Source of the DNA: Ostrea edulis
Lineage: Eukaryota
Assembly: GCF_947568905.1 (NCBI RefSeq)
Contig: NC_079172.1
Span: 22,878,001-22,942,000 of the forward strand
Direction: 5' to 3'
DNA length: 64,000 bases
The number at the start of each line of letters is the position of its first letter. Within the stretch, counting starts at the first letter, position 1. The position numbers were made by a program, and so were the translations under genes. A model generated the notes under the pieces. It ran no database searches and was not told the DNA's origin. It saw only the letters and a program-made list of their open reading frames with translations. This document shows, in pieces, positions 1-12,400 of this stretch.

Positions 1-560
1 CAATTCACTCACTCACACACACACTTACCAATCCGCACACACACCTACCAATTCACTCACTCACACACACACTTACCAATCCACACACACACACTTACCA
101 ATTCACTCACTCACACACACTTACCAATTCACTCACTCACTCATACACTTACCAATCTGCACACACACTTACCGATTCACTCACTCACACACACACTTAC
201 CAATTCACTCACACACACACACACTTACCAATCTGCACACACACTTACCGATTCACTCACTCACACACACACTTACCAATTCACTCACTCACACACACAC
301 ACTTACCAATCTGCACACACACTTACCGATTCACTCACTCACACACACACTTACCAATTCACTCACTCACACACACACACTTACCAATCTGCACACACAC
401 CTACCAATTCACTCACTCACACACACACTTACCAATTCACTCACTCACACACACACACTTACCAATCTGAACACACACCTACCAATTCACTCACTCACAC
501 GCACACTTACCAATCCACACACACACTTACCAATCCACTCACACACACATTTCTGTACCA
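1..560. repeat. CA-rich compound minisatellite (approx. 26-30 bp units, cacacacacttaccaattcactcact), intronic
   Basis: Direct reading: recurring ttacc(a/g)at core separated by (CA)n and (CTCA)n runs. Confidence 0.9.
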
Positions 561-697
561 ATCTACCATACTCAAACACACACATACTACACATACTATA
601 TACATACTCACTCTCACACCCAAACTGGCACCATTATGTTACAATAACAGCCTCATTTTCTCTATCACATGGGGTGATTATATTTAAGATCACTCAC

Positions 698-780
698 AGC
701 CCTGGGAAGTTCGTCTGAATTACAGCCATTGACCATAGCTGGAGCTATCAAGTTGGCTGATAAAATTCCTAGTGGATTCG
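698..780 (-). CDS. SLC49A3: MFS transporter SLC49A3/MFSD7-like, coding exon 4 (gene continues off the left edge)
   Basis: AG/GT-bounded 83-bp exon, phase 1 to 0, reads (A)NPLGILSANLIAPAMVN, matching SLC49A3 NPLGVLVANVLSP. Confidence 0.85.
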
Positions 781-1715
781 CTATTGAAAAAAAGAAAAAA
801 AAAATACAGTTCAGATAATCTCAGAGTCTACATTCGCATGACTTTCTGCAGAAAAGTTATGCTAAGCGATATAAAATAGCTGTAAAAGAAAACTAGAACT
901 GTCCTAACCCCTGCAGGACATTTGATGGTGGTGGGAAATAGTGAATTTGTGCTCAGTGAAAAATGGTAATATATTTTGAACAATGACAATATAACATCCA
1001 CCCATGCCTTGAAATGAAAAAAAAAATCCATAACTTCTGTGAATGCTAAAAAAAATTCAATCAAAATAGCAGGAGCATAACTTCATTATTCATATAACAT
1101 ATGTACATAAAGTTTAATCTGTTATCTGTGTTAAATACTCTGGACAAATCATGACTACAAACTGAAACATATGGACGGACAGACGGACAAGGTGATTCCC
1201 TCCTAAAACATGCAATATGGGACAATACGAAGAATCTAGATATATTTTTTTAAACAAAACAAGATATGAATATAATCTGCAGATTATAAAGTCTCCCAAA
1301 CAAAGTAATGGCTGTATACATTGTATTAGTGGGCTTTTTCTGAGTACTACTGCCCCCCCCCCCCCCCCCGAAATTAATAACTTAATATCTATTTTCATTG
1401 TTATAATTAATTGCTTGTAAACTTGTACATGCCCCCCCCCCCCCCCCCCTAGGGCCCTTGATTGGTGAATAAACAATAAACATATATATATACACACATA
1501 TAGGCCAAAGTGTTTGCTTGAAAAAAAATCCAATAAACAGATAGCATTTTTAATCAAAATGTTTTATTACCGGTATTTACATTATTCACCAAGATTGCAG
1601 ACTTTTTGATGATCCCTCTTACATTATATTTCTATTAAAGAAAAGAAAATGTTAAGCTTACTGATCAGAGAAATTTATTTTCAATCTCACATGGAATATC
1701 TATATAATATATTAC

Positions 1716-1932
1716 CCATGGATGCCATCATATTTGCTGTAGCTCTCTGTGAGTCAGGGAACCACAAAGCCGCTAACTTTGTTGGAGCAAACATCACAAA
1801 AGGCTGAGAAATGGCTGCCAATGTCTGTCCCGCCAGCAAGATCCAAAACCTCAGGTCATTGGGAATATCTCCAAATGTACTCACATTCCTCAGGAGGTTT
1901 CCGATGCCATTCAGCCACGCTGACAACAGTAT
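1716..1932 (-). CDS. SLC49A3: SLC49A3-like coding exon 3
   Basis: 217-bp exon ILLSAWLNG...GQTLAAISQPFVMFAPTKLAALWFPDSQRATANMMASM; canonical splice sites, phases fit both neighbours. Confidence 0.9.
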
Positions 1933-2253
1933 CTGTTCATAAATAAATCAGTGTAGTACTTTTAGTAGAATTTTTAAAAAGAGTTGTTAAAAGTATCTGT
2001 AGGTAAAACATAGAACTGTTAAAATCAAAACATGGCTACTAGGGGCCTAGGAAAAGAGACCTGGTTGGCCATCTTTGCAAATAGCTAGACAGCATCACAT
2101 ACTGGAAAGTGATTACGGTACAGATGTGAGTTTTTGTTTATTACATTACTTCCAGCTAAGACTTCCTGTCACATTGGATTTATCTAAACAGTTGGACCTA
2201 TCAAAGAATCTTTACAGTGATAATACACAACCATCTATGTCTGTTGTACTCAC

Positions 2254-2412
2254 ACTAGTACGTAGTCCATAAGTGTCCAGTACCCAAGAAGCAGCGAAAC
2301 CAAAAGGAACAGATGCCACCATAAAAATCAGTGATAAGATATTCACTTTAAATGCATTTACATTGTAGTATGTACTGGTGAGATCAGCAATAGGGGAAAA
2401 GGTAATCCATGT
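2254..2412 (-). CDS. SLC49A3: SLC49A3-like coding exon 2
   Basis: 159-bp exon TWITFSPIAD...WVLDTYGLRTS; cag acceptor and gtgagt donor. Confidence 0.9.
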
Positions 2413-4669
2413 CTGAAATTTAATTTTTTTTTTAAAATCACACACAGTATAGTCATTATGACATAATTTTTTCCTACTAGATAATCAATCAATTTTTAAA
2501 AACCTATATAGATTCTGAGAAATATATGCATCTCATTTTCTATATGTATATCAAACATTCATTTACAAAATAAAAATTGTCCATATTGCAACCATGTTGT
2601 TAGTGATAACTAGTGAATCAAAGCATTTCATTGAGAAACTGTAAATATTATGTATATGATTTTTGTTTACATCATGCAATTGATATAATCTTATCTTATC
2701 TTATCTATAATATATGTTGTGCCGACTTATTAAATCATAAAATACTTCTGATTATACCGAATCAGATAGAAATCATTGTCCTTTAATATAGATCATGTTG
2801 TCATTAAAATAGGTCCGGGGAGTCTAAAATCATGCTCAGACAGATAAAATCTAGAGACAACTTGCCCAAAGAATGAGCAGATAATAAAGTTAAACATGTT
2901 AAATGTCTAAACTCTATCTCAAATTATCTCGCAAATGAATCTGAAGTGTACTTAAACATTAATACAAGAGTTTAAATGAACATTGATATTTCTCAAAATA
3001 CTAACCAACCAAGCCAAGATCAGAATATATCATCTCTTCATACTGTATGGATTTACATGTAAATGTGAAGGATGTTAAGAATTGTTGCCTTTCTGTTATA
3101 TTTTAACCTGATTGACCCTAAATTGTACTCCCTACCTTAGATTTCTTTTTAACATATTATTCAAGAGATCATTGAATAAACATTTTTTGGGAGTTGACTT
3201 TTGCAATTACTTCATAGGTAATTTACATCAGAGCATATTTAAAAGTTGCATTATTAGTGAAAAATGTCACAGCTCAATGTTTTAAAATGTACATTGTGAT
3301 TAAAAGGTGTTTTTCCTTCTTCTTCTTTTGGGGTAGGAAGTGTACTCTTGAAACAAAGTTTGAGAAAAAAAATATAATTTACTTTTTACCAGCCTAGGGT
3401 GATAGCGGAAACACCACAATATATATTTTTGGCCTAATTTATGGATGGTAGTTAGAATAATCTAACTGTGTCTTGGGACAGGCCCTCACCACAGTTAGAA
3501 TGCCTCCCATATACTCATAATGTAGCAGAAAATTGCAGAATCACTCCAAAACGATTTTAAAATCACCAAAGAATAAACGCGTAAATTTAAAGCTAAAATT
3601 GAATACAACTAACCTCGTTGATAATTCGTAAGTCCTTAACACTGTAAAAAATCATAAAATAATATTGTAAACCGAACACTTTGAAATACCTCTTCTTTCA
3701 ATTCAAATTGACTGCATTTTACCAGAAACTGTCATCAGAAACTGTCATCAGAAACCCTGCTGTTTTCGAAAACTTAATGAAGAACCACCCACTGCATGTA
3801 TATGGAAAACAGTGAAATGTACCTTTTGCAAAGAGTTTGAAGACAAAAAGAGTATGATGTGCAGTGGACAAAGAATTACACTCTAGAATTTAAAGATGAA
3901 CAGGCAGAAATAATCTCTGCAGTGCTAGAGGGAAAAGATGTGTTTGACTGTGCAATCTGGTTAATTTTCTTCATTCAGGCCTAATGACAGCAATTTTCAT
4001 CAAAAGAAGAATATCTTAACTTATATTTCTTAATTTACAATGTTTATTTGAAACTATAATTTATTTTTTCTGTAAATTAACGACATAGTAAAGATCGTAG
4101 TAACATTTTCCATAAAAGGTAATATCTCCATATTTGGGAGCTTTGCACTTATGCAATGATAAGTTCCCGTAAAATGGAAGCTGTTCACAGCAAAATTCAA
4201 CTCATAGGTTTTAGTTCTCCTTCTATTCTAATCAAAATGGAATTAATGGCGAGTCAGTTGTGAAGATAATTTAATTTTTTTTTGGTTGTATTTTACCAAA
4301 ACATGCATCGAGTGCAATTTTTATTTTTGCTACGTTACGGGTATATGGGACACATTTTATCGTTAAACCGGGTCCGTAGGACATTATTACTTGTACGATA
4401 GAACATTCTATCTATATGGATGGTAGTGAAGGGTACAACAAAAAACAAATATATATATATATATATATTAACACTGATTAAAAGGGGTCATCCTGGGTGA
4501 ATAATCTCATCAATACAATACAATACAGGAGTCATAATATGTAAACAAAGATAACCGACACTCATTTTTAAGTTACCTTCAACCCACATGACCTGATATA
4601 ATATGTAGATAACATTATTTGGGTGTTTGCATCAAATGAGTAATGTTTCGACGAGAATTAGCTACTTAC

Positions 4670-4855
4670 CATTGCATTAGACAAATTCAAAATAACGATC
4701 ACAATCAGAATAAACCATCTTCTTCCATAAACAACGTATTCGTCCTCTCGCCTAGACACGATCGACTGTTGACTTTCTGACTTTACAGGTCTGTCTCGCG
4801 ATCCACCGGAGGGAGCCATTTTGGGATCATGTGACTGCATTTCCATGTTCAGCAT
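4670..4855 (-). CDS. SLC49A3: SLC49A3-like coding exon 1 (exact start ATG uncertain among several)
   Basis: YVVYGRRWFILIVIVILNLSNAM then gtaagt donor; the YxRRW...N.SNA motif is typical of the SLC49 family. Confidence 0.85.
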
Positions 4856-7800
4856 TTGCTACACTTCGAGTTCGAAGTAATAAATTTTGAATCAACTAAA
4901 ACAAAAATCATTGCATGTCCAAATACTAATGTAAACCTCCTCCGATTGTTCCCATCACGCGGCAGGATAGAGGGTATGTCAAATGAAATGCTTCAGTTTT
5001 CATACGTCCGTAAATTCCGTTTTGTAGGCTTTAAAAATCTGAAATTTAAAACAAATGACTTGGATTTTTCACGCAAAATACTAAATCCCAAAACATTGGC
5101 TCTGTTTGATTGGATGGCCTGCATGAGGAGACTAATCTTTGATAGTGCCCAAGCTATATCAGCCCACTTAAAAGCAATGTTACACTGCACACGGAGAGTT
5201 TTGGGTTGCCAAGCTGGAGATACCTGTGTGCTGTCTTATCTACTTCCGTTATTTGATCAATTGTTTTTTGTTTTGTTTGTTTGTTTTCGGTTTTAATTGT
5301 ATTCAGGTGACCTGAGAATAAAAATAGTTGTGAGTGAGGTGCGATCCTAAATTTTGATCGCTTACGCATTTTAAAATATTGTTGGAATCCAAATATCGTT
5401 TTTAGGCACGGTGTACATGAATAGCACTGCATGCTATCGATCTAGAGTGATTTCATTGAGTGTGTATTGCTTTACCCCGCAGGCGCTTAATTTTGTTTCA
5501 TAAACTTCGCAAGCTATACTATATAATAACACAGCATAGCTTGCAATGTTTATGGAACAAGCGCCTGTATGGAGCGCCAAATTAACATGAACTCAAATAA
5601 TTGAAGATATCATCAATTGAATTATTGCTCTCTTATGTGCGCATTAATTATAGTATGTAGGACATTGTAATTTGGCGCGCCACACGCCTGTGCTTTAAAG
5701 TGTCCCCTGAACTGACCCCATAAGCTATTCTTTTTAGAGAATGAAAGGCATGCCTGTCCACTTCTCTAAAGAGAATACACCCATGAGCATAGAAAGTTGT
5801 GTTAAACCCAACCCAGTCGATTCTTCTAAGCGGGTGTTCCTCCTTAAGTTTGGTCTCCACCCTCATTTGTAGAAACCCGGAGAAAAGTTAAAGGTTTCTT
5901 TTAAAATTCACCACAAAGTTTGAAAGTTTCTTTCCGAGGAATGTCCGAAGTTCTCTCTCTCTAGCCGACCAAACCTACTATGTGATGACGTCCTCACAAT
6001 GTGTAGAAGAGAATACACACATTATTCTAAAGGCAAAATAGTACTATGTTAGGTTTAGCTATAGGGATACCTATAAAAGTTTATCTAATACTCCCTTTCG
6101 AATTATGAAGGGAAAAAAAGAAGGGTTTTGAGAGAGAATTTAGGTAGGACATGTCCTCATACCACTTGTCCTCACGCAGCTGATATTTTGTATAGATCTA
6201 CATCTATCACATGCTGTACATAGGTCAAATTAATGACGACGTAATTGTGAGGACATTTTGTGTGTGTGTGTGTCCTCATAGTGAAAATGTTGAAATGTGT
6301 CCTCACTTTAAAATACGTTTCTCTCTCTCTCTCACCACTGTACATAAAACATTTTATCAGAAAAACCTAAACGTGACACCACTGTACATTATTTAAGATT
6401 TTATCACCGAATGCGACAGACGTTCTTAGATTTAACAGTAAACGTTTTTATCTTTCTTTTTGAATTTTAGACCATAGTCAATCGATAGCATGCTGGAGTT
6501 TTCAACAACTGCTGAGAGAGAGAGAGAGAGAGAGAGAGCCTCGAATCAAGGAAAAAAAACCCATCAAAAACTGCTAGTGAACTAAAAATTTTAAGTTATC
6601 TGACCTCATTTTAATTCCTTACACAAACATTTGGTTGACCAAAATGTACATTTTGCCGTCGAGTAAATTTTAAAAAGGTCATGGGGTGGCCGGGAGTGAA
6701 AAAAGACGTGTACCCGATCCTAGGAAGATGCAAATTAAGCGGGGGAAATAGCTTAATTTGTTTGCTGATTTATATCATGTTCACACCATTTCAATATACA
6801 CAATATAGAAATAAATACAATATTAAATTCTAACACCAGCAAACATTTCATATAGGCTTCAAATTTGACTACCTGTACGTATATTTGTTTAAGATATTGA
6901 ATTGAGCGCACGTAACATGGCTGATCTACACTGGAGTCAATGTGATGTACGGAGAGCCCAAAATGTGCTTTATGTTATTAAATAGAGAAATAAAATACCC
7001 AGCAGTTTTTCATACTTTAATCCCTAAAAGAAGAAATCCGCCATACGAAAAAAGAGGGGGTGGGGTGGGGTGATGACGGTAACTGATAAGAAAACCTATA
7101 TAAAGGATGTACGTAATATGCTGACTTAGGTTATATTTCTGTCTTTTACTACTGTCAATTTAAATTCTAATCTGTAACCCAATGATTAGATATTAAAATA
7201 TTTCGATATATGGTAAATAAATGTAGGTAGATTTTAGGAAAGGGGGGCGCAGATTAGGGACAACATCAATATATTAAAAACACTTTCGCATTTTAACCTT
7301 TACTCTTACCAAGGTTTCTCATACTCTACTCGCTACTTTAAGCCAAGGACCGGGAATACTTAGCTTACAAAGAGGGGGTGGTGTTAGTGTTGAAAAATGA
7401 ATAACGTCAAGGTTAAGACCAATCTAATTAGAATTAGATCCGCTCGCGGGTGTACATGCGAGCGGATCTAACACCTAATTTTAATTAGAATGGGTTAAGA
7501 CAAAACACGAACAAAATTAGTCACATAAAATATTCGTACTCCATAGTTTCAGAGGATTGTTGACAACAAAATCATTTAGTACCGAGATGCAGATAAAATG
7601 TCAGGAACTATTAAAGGGTACTACATAGTATCAATTTAATCATGTTTCGGGGAATCACATTGTTTTGCTCAATAAGTTCTTCAGTACTAAAAAACACTGC
7701 GATTATCGTGCGATAGTCACCAGTCATCGATTAATATCAAACAATGAGCGCGGCGAGTTGGGTTCCAGTGCTGGTGGCCAGTTGGTAAAACACCCAACTA

Positions 7801-7949
7801 AAAATTCAGAGATCCCAGTCCCGTTATGTTTCAATTCTTTCTGGATTCACCTATTTATGCCAAGATCACATCTTCCTGACCATTAAAAAAGCCAACGTTG
7901 TGTTTATGAAACGCTCATGCCTCCGTATGACGCAAAACTTGATAATGAC

Positions 7950-8395
7950 CGTGGTTAGTAGGTAAAACCCCCAAGGTCAAGAGATTAAAAACTTTGGTAC
8001 CCAAAGAAGTCTTGCCATAAGGAATACACGTAAAATATGAAAACCTTAGACTAACCATTCAAAGTTAAAGTTTTCCAGAATTAGGTAACCATCAGGTAAA
8101 GTTAATGAGGGAAGAAAAAAAACATGGTTAGTAGGTAAAACCCCAAGGTCAAGAGATCAAAAACTTTGGTAGCCAATCTGATTAAAATCAGCTCCTCGAT
8201 CCGCTCCTTTATTTCTTTTGATTTGCCGCTACTCGAAGAAATAAAGGAGCGGATCGAGGAGCTGATTTTAATCAGATTATTTGGTAGCCAAAGAAGTCTT
8301 GCCATAAGGAATACACGTAAAATATGAAAACCTTAGCATTAACCATTCAAATTATAAGTTTTCCAAAATTAGGTAACCACAAGGTAAAGGTAATG
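7950..8395. repeat. Tandemly duplicated approx. 165-bp interspersed-repeat fragment (second copy interrupted by a fold-back)
   Basis: tggttagtaggtaaaaccccaaggtcaagag...aaagaagtcttgccataaggaatacacgtaaaatatgaaaacc occurs twice. Confidence 0.75.
8175..8279. mobile_element. 105-bp fold-back mini-element with 10-bp target duplication (MULE-like MITE, inferred)
   Basis: Perfect 43-bp arms 8175-8217 and 8236-8278, 18-nt loop; tttggtagcc at 8165-8174 and 8280-8289; the upstream duplicate unit shows the empty site. Confidence 0.75.
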
Positions 8396-8402
8396 AGGTA
8401 AA

Positions 8403-8405
<3 letters not shown>

Positions 8406-8436
<31 letters not shown>

Positions 8437-8988
8437 CGAGTTATCATATATTTACACATATGAAATACGGTTTCCCTTATTGTGGCAAAACCCGACACCC
8501 CGGGGGCCATGATTTGAACAAACTTGAATTTGAACTATGTCAGGAAACTTCGATGTAAATTTGAACTCTTCTGGCTCAATGGTTCTTGAGAAGATTTTTC
8601 CTATATAAATACATATAAAATGTGGTTTCCCCTAGTGTGGCCCCACCCGACCCCCAGGGGCAATGATATGAACAAACTGGAATCTGCATTATGTCAGGAA
8701 GCTTCCATGTAAAGTTGAACTCTTCTGGCTCAATGGTTCTTGAGAAAAATTTTCCTATATACACACATATAAAATATGGTTTCCCCATGTGTGGCCCCAC
8801 CCGACCCCCAGGGGCCATGATATGAACTGGAATCTGCATTATGTAAGGAAGCTTCCATGTAAAGTTGAACTCTTCTGGCTTAATGGTTCTTGAGAAGATT
8901 TTAAAAGATTTTTCCTATATATAAATACATATAAAATATGGTTTCCCCTATTGTGGCGCCATCCGACCCCTGGGGGACATGATATGAA
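8406..8988 (-). mobile_element. Non-autonomous Helentron-type element with oyster approx. 166-bp (Cg170/HindIII-like) satellite array, 3' part (left of the Polinton)
   Basis: End aacaagaggcccatgggccacatcgctcacc, then about 3.5 tandem approx. 160-bp units (tggttcttgagaagattttt...gatatgaacaaactggaatc) resembling the known oyster satellite family (recognised from memory). Confidence 0.75.
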
Positions 8989-9333
8989 AGTAGTATAACG
9001 CGTCCCGATAGGGAGTTCAACTGAGTGCACTTTTTATGCAAATGAGGTCAAGTAAGGGCGTTTTTGATTGGTCAAGCGGTGTTGGGGTCAACGGAGTGCA
9101 CTAGGACGGGGTCAACCCCAGCAGGGGTTGTAGAGCGGGTGAATAGACTGGGCTATGGCCGCTGGTCTATGATGCGGTACTTTCGCTTTGAGTTCCTGGA
9201 ATGAGTTCCTGCTATTTTTCTGAAAATCCAGTGAAATCCTGTGTATTAAATCTAAAAGAATAACAGTGTATTAAATCTAAAAGAATAACACAAGGTTTTA
9301 AGTTGACATGTTTATTAAAGAACAATAGTACAA
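8989..9333 (+). repeat. Left terminal inverted repeat (345 bp)
   Basis: 8989-9146 is the exact reverse complement of 29226-29383; the inner part matches with patches of divergence; contains a 2 x 25-bp tandem at 9241-9290. Confidence 0.95.
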
Positions 9334-9432
9334 TCCCCAGAGGTGGCACGGTCCCTAGTTTTACCCAGCGCTGTCTACAGGTAATATATATATAAAGCGG
9401 CGCGCGGTGCATTGGGTGTCACTTTCGACATC

Positions 9433-12400
9433 ATGTCAGACAAGTTACCTACTGGACTTCCACGGAGTTATATTGAACAGCGATTGAGATTTTTGAATGA
9501 TCAGCTGAACAGACAACGGCAGCGTGAATTACAACTTCGCAGAGAGAATCAACGACGACTACAGTATTTACAGCGGGGAGGGGGGAAAAAGAAACTCATT
9601 TCGGATTATTACAAAATTCAACTGGAACGAGGACGTCAATCACGGAAATTTAAAGTCAAGGAAAATGTCTACAATGTTGCTTTCAAACCTATTCCAGAGA
9701 AAGAAAATACAACCTTCATTCGTCGGCTCTTCCGGGATATGTTAAAAAATGTGAAACAGGAAATGCAGTGCAATCCCAATGATTATCTACGTTTAAATAT
9801 TCGGCACCCGTCTCTGGATTCAGCTATTTGGTACGAATTTACGCAGTCCAATCAGCTCAACGAGGACAAAATTCTGAACAAAATAGAATCCGTCCAGCAA
9901 TCTAAAAAGGAATTCCTAATCACCGACGGGGCAGTGCAGATGGATTTTTTCCATGTTAAATATCCACAAGGCAGCGGGTGCACTAAGAAAAAACATCTAC
10001 ACATGGATAAGGAGAAATTCAAAAACTCCAAGAGAGCGATCGTTCGCATTCAAAATCCTGAGGATTCTCTCTGCTTGTCCCGGGCTATTGTGGTAGCACG
10101 TCTACACAGCCAGAAATCAAACGACCCGGCATGGGAAACGAAATGGTTACGCATGAGAAAAGGGGATTTCAAAACGCTCGACCAGAAACGAGAAGCGATA
10201 GCCTTGATGGAACAAGCTGGGTGTGTTATGAACCACCCGTGTGGGCCGCGTGAATGGGAGCAATTACAGCACGCGCTCGCCCCACAGTATCGATTGAAAA
10301 TATTTCAATTCAAAACGAATACAACTCGTTTACGACTGGAACCTATTTACAAAGGACCGGGGTACGGGACTTGTTTGAATATCCTGCTGGATAACGAGCA
10401 TTACGATGCCATTGTGTCTATGGCTGGAGTGACGGAAAACGGATACTATTGCGATTATTGCGATGTTGGTTACAGTCACATTGAAGATCATCGGACCGTC
10501 TGTCCTCATCGATGCTCATTTTGTTTAGCCGATACCCCCTGTACCCCGGACGGGACTCAGACGAATTGCCCTCATTGTAAGGGATTTTTCAGAAATGCAG
10601 CTTGTTACCAGACCCACTTGAAACCTTACAGCAGTAATACAACAACCACGGTCTGCAGTTTAATGGGGCGGTGTAACCAGTGTCAGAAATGGATGTCCAA
10701 GCAATTATTAAAACGCCACGCGTGTGGGGGTCAAACCGAATGCCGCATCTGTCACAAAGTCGTCACCATGCCTCATCACTGCTTTGTACAGACGAAACCC
10801 AAACCTAAGAAAGAAAAAGAAGAAGAAGAGGAGTTGAAAATATACATTTATTACGATTTCGAATGCAGTCAGGAAAACGGTATTCACATCCCCAATTTAT
10901 GCGTGGCAGAACGTGTGTGTCAACATTGCGACAGTGTGGATATCGACAAGCCCTGTTCTCATTGTGAAGGATTCGGATCACAACGCCGCTTCCTATTTCA
11001 AGGCCCCGACACGTTAAAACAGTTTATGGAATGGCTCTTACAGAGCGAGACCGATGAGCAAGGCCATGTGGAACTCAAACACGATGAAGCCACCATCATT
11101 GCCCACAATTTCAAAGGATACGATGGGCAGTTTATTTTGAATTACCTGGTGCACACGGCGTGTATCAAACCCACCGTCATCCTGAACGGGAGTAAAATCT
11201 TATCCATGCAAGTCTTGGGGTTGAGATTCATCGATTCTTACAACTTTCTACCCTTTGCTCTTGCCAAGATGCCCTCTGCTTTCGGATTAACGGAATTGAA
11301 AAAAGGCTATTTCCCGCACTTTTTCAACACGACAGAGAACCAGCAGTATGTGGGTCCTTACCCGGCCGCTCATTTCTACAATCCTGACGATATGTCCACC
11401 GCCAATCGTGAAGCCTTCTATACTTGGTACCATCAACAAGAGGGCAAAGTCTTTGATTTCCAGAAAGAATTCTTAGCTTACTGCATCTCGGACGTGGATA
11501 TTTTACGCCGCTGTTGTGCCCATTTCAAATCCACCCTGTTTGATCTGGTGGAAGTAGACCCCTTTCAAGAATCCATCACGTTTGCCAGCACGGCTAATTT
11601 AGCCTACCGACGAGGATTCATGACACAGGACACCATCGCCATCATTCCTAATATGGGCTACCGGCCAGCACGACGATATTCAGCTAAAGCTTGCCGATGG
11701 CTCGCCTGGTTAGAACATCAACATCACTGCATACGACATGCTAGAAATGGGGGTGAAGTCACGCTTGGACCCTATACAGTAGATGGGTATGATGAGGAAT
11801 CCCGTATCGTGTACGAATTCTATGGCTGTTACTGGCACGGCTGTCCCACCTGTTACCCGAATCTGTTGACTGACATGCATCCTCATCGTGTTCAGCATAC
11901 GTATCAAGACCTCTACCTGGACACCTTAAAACGAGCCAGTGCTTTAGAAGACCAAGGCTATACAGTCGTGAGCATATGGGAACACGAGTTTGATCGTCAG
12001 ACCCAGACCAATGCCGACTTACAGGAATTTTTACAAGGAGTCGATATACAAGATCCTTTGAATCCCCGTGACGCTTTGTACGGAGGCCGGACCAATGCTA
12101 CACGACTGTATTGTGAGGAGGGTGACATGCGATACGTGGATGTCTGTTCCCTGTACCCGTACGTGTTGAAATACAAGCCATTTCCCGTCGACCATCCCCA
12201 AGTCATCACCAGCCATTTCACCGATGTCAGAGACTATTTCGGGCTCATTCGTTGTCGTGTCCTCCCACCCCGAGAGCTGTATCACCCCGTATTACCTTAC
12301 AAGACCGGGGGCAAATTACTCTTTCCCTTATGCCGCACCTGTGCGGAACAGCGCAACTTAGGACCCGACGAGCGGTGCCAGCACACCGATTCTGAACGCA

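Noticed and set aside
1-560. Telomere-like or coding repeat
   Set aside because: No TTAGGG units; compound CA/CTCA microsatellite-derived array within an intron
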